Positions 1 to 9,873 of a stretch of DNA of 54,944 nucleotides are shown here, piece by piece. The notes beneath the pieces were generated by a model. That model was not told the origin of the DNA. It did not search any database and saw only the letters and a program-made list of their open reading frames with translations. Each line of letters begins with the position of its first letter. The first letter of the stretch is position 1. A program made the position numbers and the translations under genes. Source of the stretch: Prorocentrum cordatum (taxonomy: Eukaryota); contig CAUYUJ010000196.1 in NCBI GenBank assembly GCA_963575745.1, forward strand, positions 62,001 through 116,944. The letters are read 5' to 3'.

Positions 1-418
1 AGGCGCCACCAGGGGTCCCAGAGCCCGATGCAAGAATGCCGCGCGTACCTCCGAAAGTGTACGCTTACGCAGTTTTCCTTCGTCGAGCACCGCGGACCTC
101 CTCGCCTGAGTGGCCCCCGTGGCGGCGGTTCGACTGTACCCCCTCGGCCCACCACACCTCGCAGTCGACCCCTGGACCTGTCCAGGGGTGCATCGTGGTC
201 AAGTTTTCGATGAAGCTCCGTCCGCGGAGACGAGCCGCCGCCGCGGCCGCCACCGTCGTCCACCGCCGCCGCCGCCGCCATCGTCTACCGTCCTCGTCCT
301 CGTCCTCGTCCTCGTCGCCGTCGTCGTCGTCGTCGTCGTCGTCGCCCCCCGTGTGCACCACGGCCACAAATTCGGTGGAGGTCCGGCCGCGGTGGCGAGG
401 GCACCGCAGGGCGCGCCA

Positions 419-623
419 CCAAGGCGCACGGCGTCCGAAAAGCCTCGAGCCTCGACTCCCCGTCGCTCGGACGTCCATTCCCTGTGTTTTTTTCGGTTTC
501 GTGCGCGGTTTTTGTCGCAGGATGATCCAGGGTGCTCGTTCATAATTCGCGCCGAGAAAAAGTGCACACGTCCGAGCGACACCAGGCCAAGGCGCACGGC
601 GTCCGAAAAGCCTCGAGCCTCGA
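419..623 (+). repeat. 37-bp direct repeat pair (419-455, 587-623) followed by short GCCTCGAG reiterations
   Basis: CCAAGGCGCACGGCGTCCGAAAAGCCTCGAGCCTCGA occurs twice, identical. Confidence 0.85.
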
Positions 624-1090
624 GAGCCTCGAGGGCCTCGAGACCGACGCCGACGCCTCTGGCGGCCCCTCCGCGGCGCCTCTCGGGCACGCGGCGGTCG
701 GCCTCCGGCGGTGCGGGGCGCGCCTGGCGCGGGAGCGCGGCCGGGCGCCCCGCCCTCGTCCGCTGGCGCGGAACGGAAGAGCGAGGATCCTCCCCCTCCT
801 CCTCCTCCTCCTCCTCCTCCTCCTCCTCCTCCTCCTCATCCAGCTCTCTTCCTTCCCTCCCTCCGTCTCCTCCTCCTTCCTGCTCCCCCCTTTCCCTCCT
901 CGTCATCATCACCCTTCCTCTCCGGGAACTCGAGGAACAGGCGAGGGAGAGCGAGGAGCGGGCAAGGGGGAGAAGGCGGAGAGTGTGCAAAGCGGGTGAT
1001 GGGCTGGGTCCGCCGGCCCAGCTCCAGGAGGCAAAGGCAGACATCGCGGATGGGGAGGCTCGAAGAATAACGGTGACAGGAACGAGGGGC

Positions 1091-1107
1091 AGGAGAAGGA
1101 TGGAATG
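1091..1107 (+). repeat. Target-site duplication, left copy (3' side of LINE)
   Basis: AGGAGAAGGATGGAATG is identical to 5505-5521 and lies 46 bp beyond the RT stop codon. Confidence 0.9.
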
Positions 1108-1153
1108 AATGAGTGCAAGCCAGGTGTCGAAGCACATGGGCAGCAATGCGACA

Positions 1154-4100
1154 CTATGGGCAGTAGTGTCGCACAGCGGCTTTCCAGGCTTCTGCTGGGA
1201 TTGCCGCGAGCTGTCGAAAATCATACGCATTGCTCTCGCAGACTCTCTTCGCATGCTTGTACAATTCATTCGTCCATGACTGTCTCGGCCTGCCCCGGGG
1301 TCGTCTGCCGGCCGGCGGACGCAGCTCCGAAGAAGACGGCTGGAAGACCGCACGCCGCACAGGATGATCAACCGGTTGCCGGGCAATCTGCGCAAAAAGA
1401 CATAATTGACGGTGCAACAAGATGCGGCTCAACGGCGGCCGGCGGGCCCTGTCCAGAACTTCAGCGTTCGAGATACGACTAATGTATGAATGCGGTATCC
1501 TTAACACCTTCCTCAGACACCGCACGCGGAAGCTGTCGAGCTTGGCCAACTCATGTTTCCGGAGCCACGCCGCGTGCAATCCGTACAGCAACTTTGTCTG
1601 CACGCAGTCTTCGAAGATCTGCAACTTCCGTTGTGTGGACAAGGTGGAATGAGACCAGACTCGGGCAAGGGTGTCGAACTCAGCCCTGGCGCAACCAAGT
1701 CGCCTGCTCAGCTCGGAAGCGATCGATCCATCCGCAGCCAAAACACTCCCCAAATAAACCATGGAGTCCTTTTTGGGGATCTGGGCGCCGTCTGGACTCG
1801 TCACGCCCCCCTGGCACCAGATTGTCAGCAATTCAAGCTTCCCCCAATTGAATTTGAGGCCGTAGTTCGTGCCAGCGGCAGCAATAGCTGTCATGTACTC
1901 CTGCGCGCGCTCCGTGCTAGTGGCTACGATGAGCGTGTCATCAGCGTGCACGAGATCCTCCGCGCCCCCCATGCGGTCGCCCAGCGTGACCCGGGCGTCG
2001 CGCAGCAGCGCGGTCATCACCATGGCGAAGAGAAAAGGTGAGAGAGGACAACCTTGACATATTCCCGCGTGCTGCTCGCGGGTCCCTGACGTCACGCCGG
2101 CCTCGCGAACCGCGAAGTTCCTGCCCGTGTAGATGGCTTGAATCATTGTCAACATCTTCCCTGGGACTCCGAAGCGCTGCAGCGCTTCCAGCAGAGGCCC
2201 CGGCATGACGCTGTCGAACGCCTTGGCCCAGTCCAGAGCGAGCAGCACGAGCTGGCCCTCTGCGCTCGACCACGTTTCCTCCAGCCTCCGCCTGGCGAGG
2301 AAGATGGCGTCGGTGGTGCCGTGGCGCGATTTGAATCCAAACTGGGCGCCCCAGATGCGGCCCTCGGCCCCGGCGTCCTTCAGGCGGCGGAGGAGAAGAG
2401 TCGCAAACAACTTGCACCCGGCCTGGAGCAGGCACACTGGTCTGCAGTTGCCGCAGAGCGCGGCGTCACCCCTTTGAACAACGCAATCACTAAGGAATTG
2501 TGCCAAGATTCTGGCACGACGCCCTGGTCCCAACATCGCCGGCACAACGCTAGCGCCCATGCTCTCGCCGGGGAGTCGCGAGCGCAGGTCGCTTTCCAGA
2601 AGTCGCCGGGGATGCCGTCACTGCCGCACGCCTTGCCCCACTTCATGCGCTTTGCTGCCTCGGTCACCTCCCAGTCTTCGATCTGCCCCAAGTTGACCGG
2701 CAAGTCGGGGCCAATGGGGCGTTGTCGACATCGGCGCGGTGTCGCGCGCGGCCCACTGCACCTCCGTCAGGAAGTCTGCCAGCGTGTCCGCACGGACCTC
2801 GGAGTCAACCAGGTCGCCGCGAACGTTGCGAAGTTTGCCTTGCTTCCGCCCGGCCCCTTGACACAATCGTCGCACCTGGCCCCAGTCGCCCGTCGCCAGG
2901 AAGTGTTCCAACCGCTCCGCCCTATCCGTTTTCACAGAGCTCTTGACGACGTAAATCAAACGTCTCTCTTCTGCCAAGTCGCCGCGTGTTCTGGCCTCGG
3001 TGCGCTTCGCGATGAGCGTCATGGCGCGGTCTAAAATCCACGGCTTCCGCGGCGCCGGCGGCGCTATAGGTAGCGCGGCGGCTGCCTGTTGGAAGGACAC
3101 CACGGCTGCAGCATCGATTTCGCTGGCCCCACCGTCGCCCGCGTCGGCGGCCTCCATCTCGTCGGCAAAGGCCACGGCGAAACGGTTGGCATGCTCTGGC
3201 AGCCGGAGAGCCCGCAAGTCAGGCCGAGTCGATTGCTCGCGGCGGGCCTCGATCGGCACCATTATGTCCACGTCCGCCTGCACGAGGACGTGGTGAGACG
3301 CCAGTGCCAAGTCCTTGTTGATTGCCACTGATTGCAAATGCTCAGCCCAATTCTGTAAAACCAAAACAAAATCGATCTGGCCAAAATTGTCCGGCGTGTC
3401 AGGGTGAGATGGCTTCTTGCCCACGTTGTAGCAGGTGACCTGACGACGTGCTGGCTCATGAAACATTGTGTTGCCAATGCAGAGTTCGTGATGCTCGCAC
3501 AGCTCAACCAGCAGGCGGCGGTTGGAAGCGGCGTTGTGCTCAGCCTCCGGGCGCCCAAACACATGCGGTCCCATGATATGCTCTTCTTGCGGGGGGCGCC
3601 TGCGCAGGCGCGCGTTAAAGTCTCCGAGCAAAATCATCGGGCCGTGCCGCGACGTCTGAGCGAGGAAAGCTCCAAGAGATGTGAAGAACCGCTGCCTGTC
3701 CTCGAAGTTCTTCCCGTTATGCGGCGCATACGCGCTGCCAACGATAACTTTCCCGCCTTGCACCCGCAACCTCACGTATGCCATTCTTGCTGACTCCTGC
3801 CTGAAGCCGACCGCGCTCGAGCGCAGCCGCGGAGAGATGATGAAGCCAACGCCTGCCGTCTCTTTATCCTCCTCGTCCGCGGACCCAGAGAAAATGAACA
3901 AGTAGCCGCCGTCCGATACGAGGTAGTCTGATATGTCCCTGTGAGTCTCTTGCACGCACCAAATGTCAATGCTCTGTTGGCGCATGTGCCATTCCAGCTC
4001 GATCTCTTTCGCGCCCGTGAAACCCTCAACGTTCCAAGTGGCAATCCGGAGCTGCCGCGAGCAAGGTCTGAGGCCGCCACCTCGGAAGACACGTGCCTGT

Positions 4101-4240
4101 CCGGCCCAGTTGAGTGGAGGCTGCTCCACAGTAGTGCCGACTGTGGGTGAAACTACGTCGTTCGTGCATTCATGAGTTTTCAAACGATGATGGCTTGTAG
4201 TTGCAGTATTGCCGACTGCTGCCGGTGAAACTCTGCCCAT
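1154..4240 (-). pseudogene. LINE ORF2: apurinic-type endonuclease + reverse transcriptase, split by two frameshifts (~2720 and ~2472)
   Basis: EN motifs in 2618-4240: ATWNVEG, CVQET, GVGF, YAP, LGDFNAR, QIDFVL. Linker KACGSDGIP..W..IALFK in 2380-2703. RT motifs in 1154-2470: GD..N(C)RP..LL, QFGF, LDWAKAFDSV, QGCPLSP, HADD (1937-1948), YLG, and C-terminal RGRPRQSW. Confidence 0.93.
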
Positions 4241-4252
4241 GTGCTGTGCGTC

Positions 4253-5434
4253 CTAATGGGGCCCGCTGCCCCTGCCCTTCCCTTTGGTTCCGCCCTTCAT
4301 GCCCTTGCCGGCACGAGCGAGCAGATCCACAGACTTGGTCGCGAGGTCCTTGATGAGGGGGTGGCCGTGCAACTCTTCCCACGAAACCCACGCGCCGCGC
4401 CACTGGTACTCAACGTCGCGGTCCTTCACGGTCGCTGTCAACGCGTGCTCGCCACCAACGACCACCTCGTAGGGGTCCTCGTCCGACACGTTCACAACGT
4501 ACGGCACTTTGAACTCCTGCTTCAGGATCCGCTTGAAGCCAAGGCAAAAGTTGCGTGCCGCCCAGTTCGCTGGTGAGCGATCTTCACTAGCCCACACCTT
4601 CTTCTCGCCGTTGGTGGGGGCGCTGGCACGGAGGACCTCGACTGCACGGTCACGCTCGTCTGTAGTGCCAAACTCTTTAAACAGAATGCCGTTGAACTCG
4701 CCTTTCGAGTAAATCTTGGACGGGGCTGGCGAGCACAAGGCCTTGAGGCGCTCCGTCAGCCACTGGATCGACGTGGCAAGGTCCCCCAGGCCGTCCAAAT
4801 TTCCAACGACCATGCTCAAGGACCTCTTGGACATCAGCGTGAGCGAAGAGGCTGTGGTTTTTGGGGTGGGGCTCGCCGAGAGGGCTTCCTTGATGTACTC
4901 CTGGGTCTTCATCTCGAACGCGTCCCCTCCCGGAATCTTCGGCGCCATCGTCTCGTACATGGTCTCTAGCTTCTCGACGCGCATCTCCGTGGAGTTGATG
5001 CTCGCCTCCACGTCCCCCAACCGGCCGCCGAGGGTCTCCGCAAGGTTCCCGACCTTGCCGTCTAAGGTCCCGAGCTTCTTTTCGAGGTCCTCCACAACGT
5101 TGGTGACCGGGGCGAGCTGCTGCTGGAGGAGTGCAGCAATGCCAGCCATTGTGACTGGCTCGGCCTCGGCCGCCATAGCTTCTCCGAAATCTGGTTGGCG
5201 AACAGCGTCCCCGGGGCCCCCCGCCATCGGCACGTACCCCTCGAGGTGGGCCTGCGCGTCATCCAGGAGAGGGGTGTACGGGGAGTCGGGGCCGTGGCCG
5301 GAGCGCTGCTTCTTGGCCGCCATGTTCGCCCACGGGTCATTCTCCTGGAGGCCGTCCTTGAACAGATGGCCTACCGGGGAACCTGGCACGCGGGACCGAG
5401 GCTTCGGGGTAGCAATACTATGAGCATCCGCCAT
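4253..5434 (-). CDS. LINE ORF1 protein (coiled-coil + probable RRM-like domain, basic GK-rich tail), 393 aa
   Basis: Open frame from the ATG at 5434 (MADAHS..). Heptad stretch VEDLEKKLGTLDGKVGNLAETLGGRLGDVEASINSTEMRVEKLE, followed by SMVVGNL..ILFKEF..ERDRAVEVL..VWASEDRS. Sits directly upstream of ORF2 inside the TSD. Confidence 0.8.
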   Translation of the reverse strand: MADAHSIATPKPRSRVPGSPVGHLFKDGLQENDPWANMAAKKQRSGHGPDSPYTPLLDDAQAHLEGYVPMAGGPGDAVRQPDFGEAMAAEAEPVTMAGIAALLQQQLAPVTNVVEDLEKKLGTLDGKVGNLAETLGGRLGDVEASINSTEMRVEKLETMYETMAPKIPGGDAFEMKTQEYIKEALSASPTPKTTASSLTLMSKRSLSMVVGNLDGLGDLATSIQWLTERLKALCSPAPSKIYSKGEFNGILFKEFGTTDERDRAVEVLRASAPTNGEKKVWASEDRSPANWAARNFCLGFKRILKQEFKVPYVVNVSDEDPYEVVVGGEHALTATVKDRDVEYQWRGAWVSWEELHGHPLIKDLATKSVDLLARAGKGMKGGTKGKGRGSGPH

Positions 5435-5504
5435 GTTAGGAGGGGAATGTAAGGGGAATGGAAGTAAGGTGAAAGTAGAGAAAGTCGGTACCAATCGTTG
5501 CAAA

Positions 5505-5521
5505 AGGAGAAGGATGGAATG
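5505..5521 (+). repeat. Target-site duplication, right copy (5' side of LINE)
   Basis: Identical to 1091-1107. Confidence 0.9.
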
Positions 5522-5526
5522 GGGGG

Positions 5527-6237
5527 TAATCTGAATCTGCGTATGACGTCACTCCGCTGGGCCCCCCAGCAGCCCTCGAAAGTGGCGACAGTTTCGCAGA
5601 TCGCAGCCCCCCAGGGATGGCGAGGTCTAATCTGAATATGCGTATGACGTCACTCCGCTGGGCCCCCCAGCAGCCCTCGAAAGTGGCGACAGTTTCGCAG
5701 ATCGCAGCCCCCCAGGGATGGCGAGGTCTAATATGAATCTGCGTATGACCCCACTCCGCTGGGCCCCCCAGCAGCCCTCGAAAGTGGCGACAGCTTCGCA
5801 GATCGCAGCCCCCCAGGGATGGCGAGGTCTAAGCTAATCTGCGTATGACCCCACTCCGCTGGGCCCCCTGACAGCCCTCGAAAGGAAAGTGGTGACAGTT
5901 TCGCAGATCGCAGCCCCCCAAGGATGGCGAGGTCTAATCTGAATCTGCGTATGACGTCACTCCGCTGGTTCCCCCCAGCAGCCCTCGACAGTGGTGTCAG
6001 CTTCGCAGATCGCAGCCCCCCAGGGATGGCGAGGTCTAATCTGAATCTGCGTATGACTCCACTCCGCTGGGCTCCCCAACAACCCTCGAAAGTGGTGACA
6101 GTTTGGCAGATCGCAGCCCCCCAGGGATGCCGAGGCCTAGTCTGAATCTGCGTATGACGTCACTCCGCTGGGCCCCCCAGCAGCCCTCGAAAGTGGCGAC
6201 AGTTTCGCAGATCGCAGCCCCCCAGGGATGGTGAGGT
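5527..6237 (+). repeat. Tandem array, 7 copies of a ~101-bp unit
   Basis: Unit TAATCTGAATCTGCGTATGACGTCACTCCGCTGGGCCCCCCAGCAGCCCTCGAAAGTGGCGACAGTTTCGCAGATCGCAGCCCCCCAGGGATGGCGAGGTC. Copies start at 5527, 5628, 5729, 5830, 5935, 6037 and 6138. Confidence 0.97.
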
Positions 6238-6335
6238 AGGAGACAAAATGGCACGCAGGAGCGAGCGAGGTAGGAAGCAGGGGGAAGAGGAAAGGAGGGG
6301 GCGGGAGAGGAGAGGAGAGGAGTCGCGACCGCAGC

Positions 6336-6377
6336 CGCTCTATTCAAAACGAGAACCCAACGCAGGAGGGTTGGGAA
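6336..6377 (+). other. Conserved array-terminal motif with hairpin (copy 1)
   Basis: CGCTCTATTCAAAACGAGAACCCAACGCAGGAGGGTTGGGAA with a CCCAAC/GTTGGG stem. Homologous to 50800-50848. Confidence 0.8.
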
Positions 6378-7410
6378 TTAACTAAACTTCGATTCCCCAT
6401 AGAACACGCCAGGAAAACCTTGGACAATCTGCACAACAATTGAAGAACACTGAGACCCTCCCCAACGAAAAGGGTTCCAGCGGCCCAGCTGCAAAATCGA
6501 TCGAGACGGAGGAGGACTCCTACACCTGGGTGTCAAACCGTGCGCGCTGGCCTGGGCGCCGCTGCAAGAACACGACGGGCGCTTTTGCCTGGTTTCGGAC
6601 CCCCCGCGGCCCTGACAAATCGGCCCAGCTCAGACACCGCGCGAAGGGATGGGCCGAGAGGGGGACTCAAGAGTGGCGGTACCGTATGCGTGCGGGGGCG
6701 CTCTCGCGGGAAATCCTGCACGTCTGCACCTCGTCTGCGTCGCCGCCGCCACGACAAAAACGTTGCCCCGCCGACCGCCACCTCGCCCGCTCCTGCTGAC
6801 GACGAGGAGGTCCGCGCACACTCGGATCGGGGCTGGGCCCGCCTCCGGCACACACCCCGGGGCGCGCCTCGCGCGCCAGGGAGAGGAGGTCCAGAGGCTG
6901 CTCACGAACCCCGCGCAGACATCCGACAGTTGTCGTGCCGTGCCTGCACAGCTCTTGCCTTCATGGCAATGACATGGGCCGCCACAGCGTCCGCAGTGCG
7001 TCAAAGATGGCCGCTTCGCGACGCCTCGACGCGGCGGCGACGCTGGAGATCTTCTCTGATCTGGTTTGACCGACTTCTAGCTGGAAGTGATCCCAGTCAC
7101 CCTCCTCAGCAGACTTGAAAGCTGACGTGGGAGGTTGGGAAACCGTGCGCGTAGCAGGCTGGATATTGAATCCCGTCGGGGGATCGAACTGTCGCTCCTC
7201 GACGAATCCAAATGTGGGACGTGTGCCCTGATACCGTCGCCAGGGCAAGAATAGCAACGAGCGCGTTGCCGATCAACGAACACGCAATGTGTCGTGGTGC
7301 AGTGATCTCTTGGGTGAGCCTTGATGGAAACCAGAGTGAAAACCCGCGGCCCTATCATAAACGTGACTTCGACCGGATGTCGTCCAGAGTTCGGCCACCC
7401 CTCTTCACCC

Positions 7411-7486
7411 TTTCGTCCAGATGTCGTCCAGATGTCGTTCAGATGTCGTTCAGATGTCGACCAAATCCGAAGACATCTGGACGAAA
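7411..7486. repeat. Four 11-bp tandem units enclosed by a perfect 15-bp inverted repeat
   Basis: CGT(C/T)CAGATGT x4 from 7414. TTTCGTCCAGATGTC (7411-7425) is the reverse complement of GACATCTGGACGAAA (7472-7486). Confidence 0.85.
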
Positions 7487-7741
7487 TCCCGAGAACCGCA
7501 AGGAATTTGGGAATCCTCTCAGGCTCCCATAAGAGACCACACAGGATCTCTGCCGCCCTAGCGTCTGGCTTATCGGTCATCTACGTTGAACTCCCTGGCG
7601 ATGTCACACCTGGTCTGGGTGGGGGAATAATCTGATATCCCGAAACAAAGAGTAAGACAAGTCCTGAACGAAGTTGTTGCCGCGTTGGTTTTCAACATCT
7701 AGCATGTCGGCTGACAAACCTGCGCTTCGACTGTTAACACA

Positions 7742-8773
7742 TCCACCACCGTGCCAGCGCGGAGTGGGCGTATCAGAATGCCGGTCTGTTGCCTGGAAGG
7801 TTGCGCTCATGCTTTCCAGGGCCGACCCCCCCCCTCGCCGCGCCACTCCCCTAAACAAATAGCGCCCCTTCTGAATTTGCTTCGCGACGCATGTTGCGCA
7901 TCCAGACGGCCAAGATGGCTCTCAAGACGGCCTCCGGTCAGCCAATGTGACACCAAGACGGTCCAAGGTGGTTTCAAGACGGCAGAAGAGTCTCCCAGAC
8001 GGCCCCAGGATGATTCGAGAAGCTTCCAAGACGGCCCAAGAGGGCTCCAAGAGACTCTCCAGGAGAGCCCGAGGTGGCAACAAATATCGATTGCTTTCGT
8101 TTTGTTTGTTTAACATCTTTTGATGATCTCCCGAGAAGCCGAAGAGGCCTCCGAGGTAGTTCCAAGACACCCCATCAGGCCTCCAAAGAGGGCCCCCCAA
8201 GAGGACCCCAAGATTGCCCAAAAGCCTCCCAAGAGGGCTCTACTGGCACTAAAGCGCTCCAAGAGGGCACCAAGACGACCAAGAGATGCCCCTAGAACGG
8301 CCTCCGAAGGCGTCCGACGGGTGAATGGCCCCCTAAGACGGTCCAAGAGTCCCCCAAGAGCCCACTACGACTGCCCAGGAGGCCCCAAAAGGCCTACAAA
8401 AGGTTCCCAAACGGCTCCAGAGGGGTCTCCAGGAGGCGCCCAGGAGGGTCCCTAAGAGGCCTTTTCCTTCTTGCCTTCATTGCCTCGCTCTCCTCCTCCT
8501 CCTCCTCCTCCTCCTCCTCCTCCTCCTCCTCCTCCTCCTGCTCCTCATCCTCCTTACCGCGCGGGCGATGATGAGGTCGAATTCACGACCCGCCTCAGTT
8601 AAGACTGCCCGCTGAACTGCAGCGGGGCTTGAACTCGACGTCCCCCTACCGCGCGGACGAAGCCAAGGTTGAGTTCACGACCCGTCGTTGGAATTGCGCT
8701 GTTCCTGCACTCAATCTCATTCCTGCTGCGCTGTTGCATAAGCACGGTGGCGGATTTGCCGCAGGCAGCTAGA
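7742..8773 (+). mobile_element. Putative non-autonomous Helitron2/Helentron-like element (CCAAGACGGCC-rich body + (TCC)n)
   Basis: 5' ATCCACCACCGTGC (7741-7754) is a 13/14 inverted match to GCACGGTGGCGGAT (8742-8755). This is followed by a TGCC-GCA-GGCA hairpin and CTAGA. The body has degenerate CCAAGA(C/T)GGCC repeats (7905-8460) and (TCC)n (8491-8550). Confidence 0.5.
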
Positions 8774-9243
8774 TATCCGAGTCAGCTTTACGCTGGCTTC
8801 GATGTTGAAACGTCATAATCATCCGAGCCATGCATTCGAACATAAACGGCGGCGGTGAGGAGTATTAGCTGAACATGCGCACAACACTAAACTAACATAG
8901 GCGCATCATGCATATATACACATATATATACATGTATACATATTACATAAATATGCATAAATCTCCTCCTGCGCCCGCCCCTCCTGGCCACACATCTCTC
9001 CGTATCAGAACCCCTACAAGGGGAAAGCCGCGCAAACGAGGCGCCTCCTCTGGCCTGTGCCTGCCGTCACCGTACCTGATTGCCTCCGCGGCGGCGGCGT
9101 CCTGAACCCGAGGGGGACACACCAACCACCTCGCCTGCCCAAGGGGGAGGAGACGGAAAGAAGATCTGAGAAAAGTTTGCGAAAATGGCAGCCGGGGAAC
9201 CCTACCCATCCCCCTCTCCGTTTTCCCCAAACTGATGTGTTTG

Positions 9244-9525
9244 TCCTCCTCCTCCTCCTCCGCCTCTTCCTGGTCTTCCTCCTCCTCCTCCTCCTCATCA
9301 TCATCATCAAGCCTCATCCAGCTCCTCTTTCTCATCCCCCATGCCTCCGCCTCCTCCTCCTCCTCTCCTCCTCCTCCTCCTCCTCCTGCTGGCCCTCTCC
9401 TCCTCCTCCTCCTCTCCTCCTCCTCCTCCTCTACTCCTCCTCCTCCTCCTCCTCCTCCTCCTCCTCCTCCTCCTCCTCCTCCTCCTTCTCCTCCCCCTCA
9501 TCCTCCTCTCCTCCTGTTCTTCCTC
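9244..9525 (+). repeat. Degenerate (TCC)n microsatellite
   Basis: Long runs of TCC. Similar tracts occur at 796-838 and 8491-8550. Confidence 0.9.
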
Positions 9526-9708
9526 CGCCCCATCATGCCGCACCTCTCGCCGTCTACCCGCCCCTCCTCATCTCGAACAGGCCGATGACGTGTCGATCCC
9601 GCTGGTTCAACGGGGGTTGCCCACAGCATCACCATGGGTATCCCCCGTCTCTCCCCCCACATTGGCCCAGCGCCTGACAGACGCCGCAGACCCCTGGGAG
9701 GATGTCAG

Positions 9709-9737
<29 letters not shown>

Positions 9738-9740
<3 letters not shown>

Positions 9741-9873
9741 CTCCACCGATCCTGGCCAGGCCGATCCTGCGCTGGGATCGGAGCATGCGCCGTCCTTGCA
9801 AGGGCAGGCACAGCATAGGCCAGACAAGGATCTCAGGCCCAGGACTGGCCTGGCAAGAATCGGTGGGGGTGTA
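9738..9873. mobile_element. MITE-like element with ~30-bp imperfect TIRs next to a (TA)n tract
   Basis: Left arm CTCCACCGATCCTGGCCAGGCCGATCCTG (9741-9769). The right arm (9840-9868) reverse-complements to CCCCACCGATTCTTGCCAGGCCAGTCCTG. (TA)n lies at 9710-9739 on the left and TA at 9872-9873 on the right. Confidence 0.6.

Larger units (their letters stand above)
1108..5504 (-). mobile_element. Full-length non-LTR retrotransposon (LINE; ORF1 + APE-RT ORF2)
   Basis: Bounded by a 17-bp TSD. It has a ~70-nt pyrimidine-rich 5' UTR, ORF1, a 12-nt spacer, ORF2 with endonuclease and RT motifs, and a short 3' UTR ending in a CATT-type tail that merges into the TSD. Confidence 0.93.

Noticed and set aside
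5435..5503. ORF1 start at 5503 given by the ORF track
   Set aside because: It is a non-ATG start at the element boundary. The first ATG is at 5434 and the upstream part is a pyrimidine-rich UTR.
5527..6237. Hammerhead ribozyme, or LINE 5' promoter repeats
   Set aside because: GAAA is present but no CUGANGA core is found on either strand, and the TSD places the array outside the LINE.
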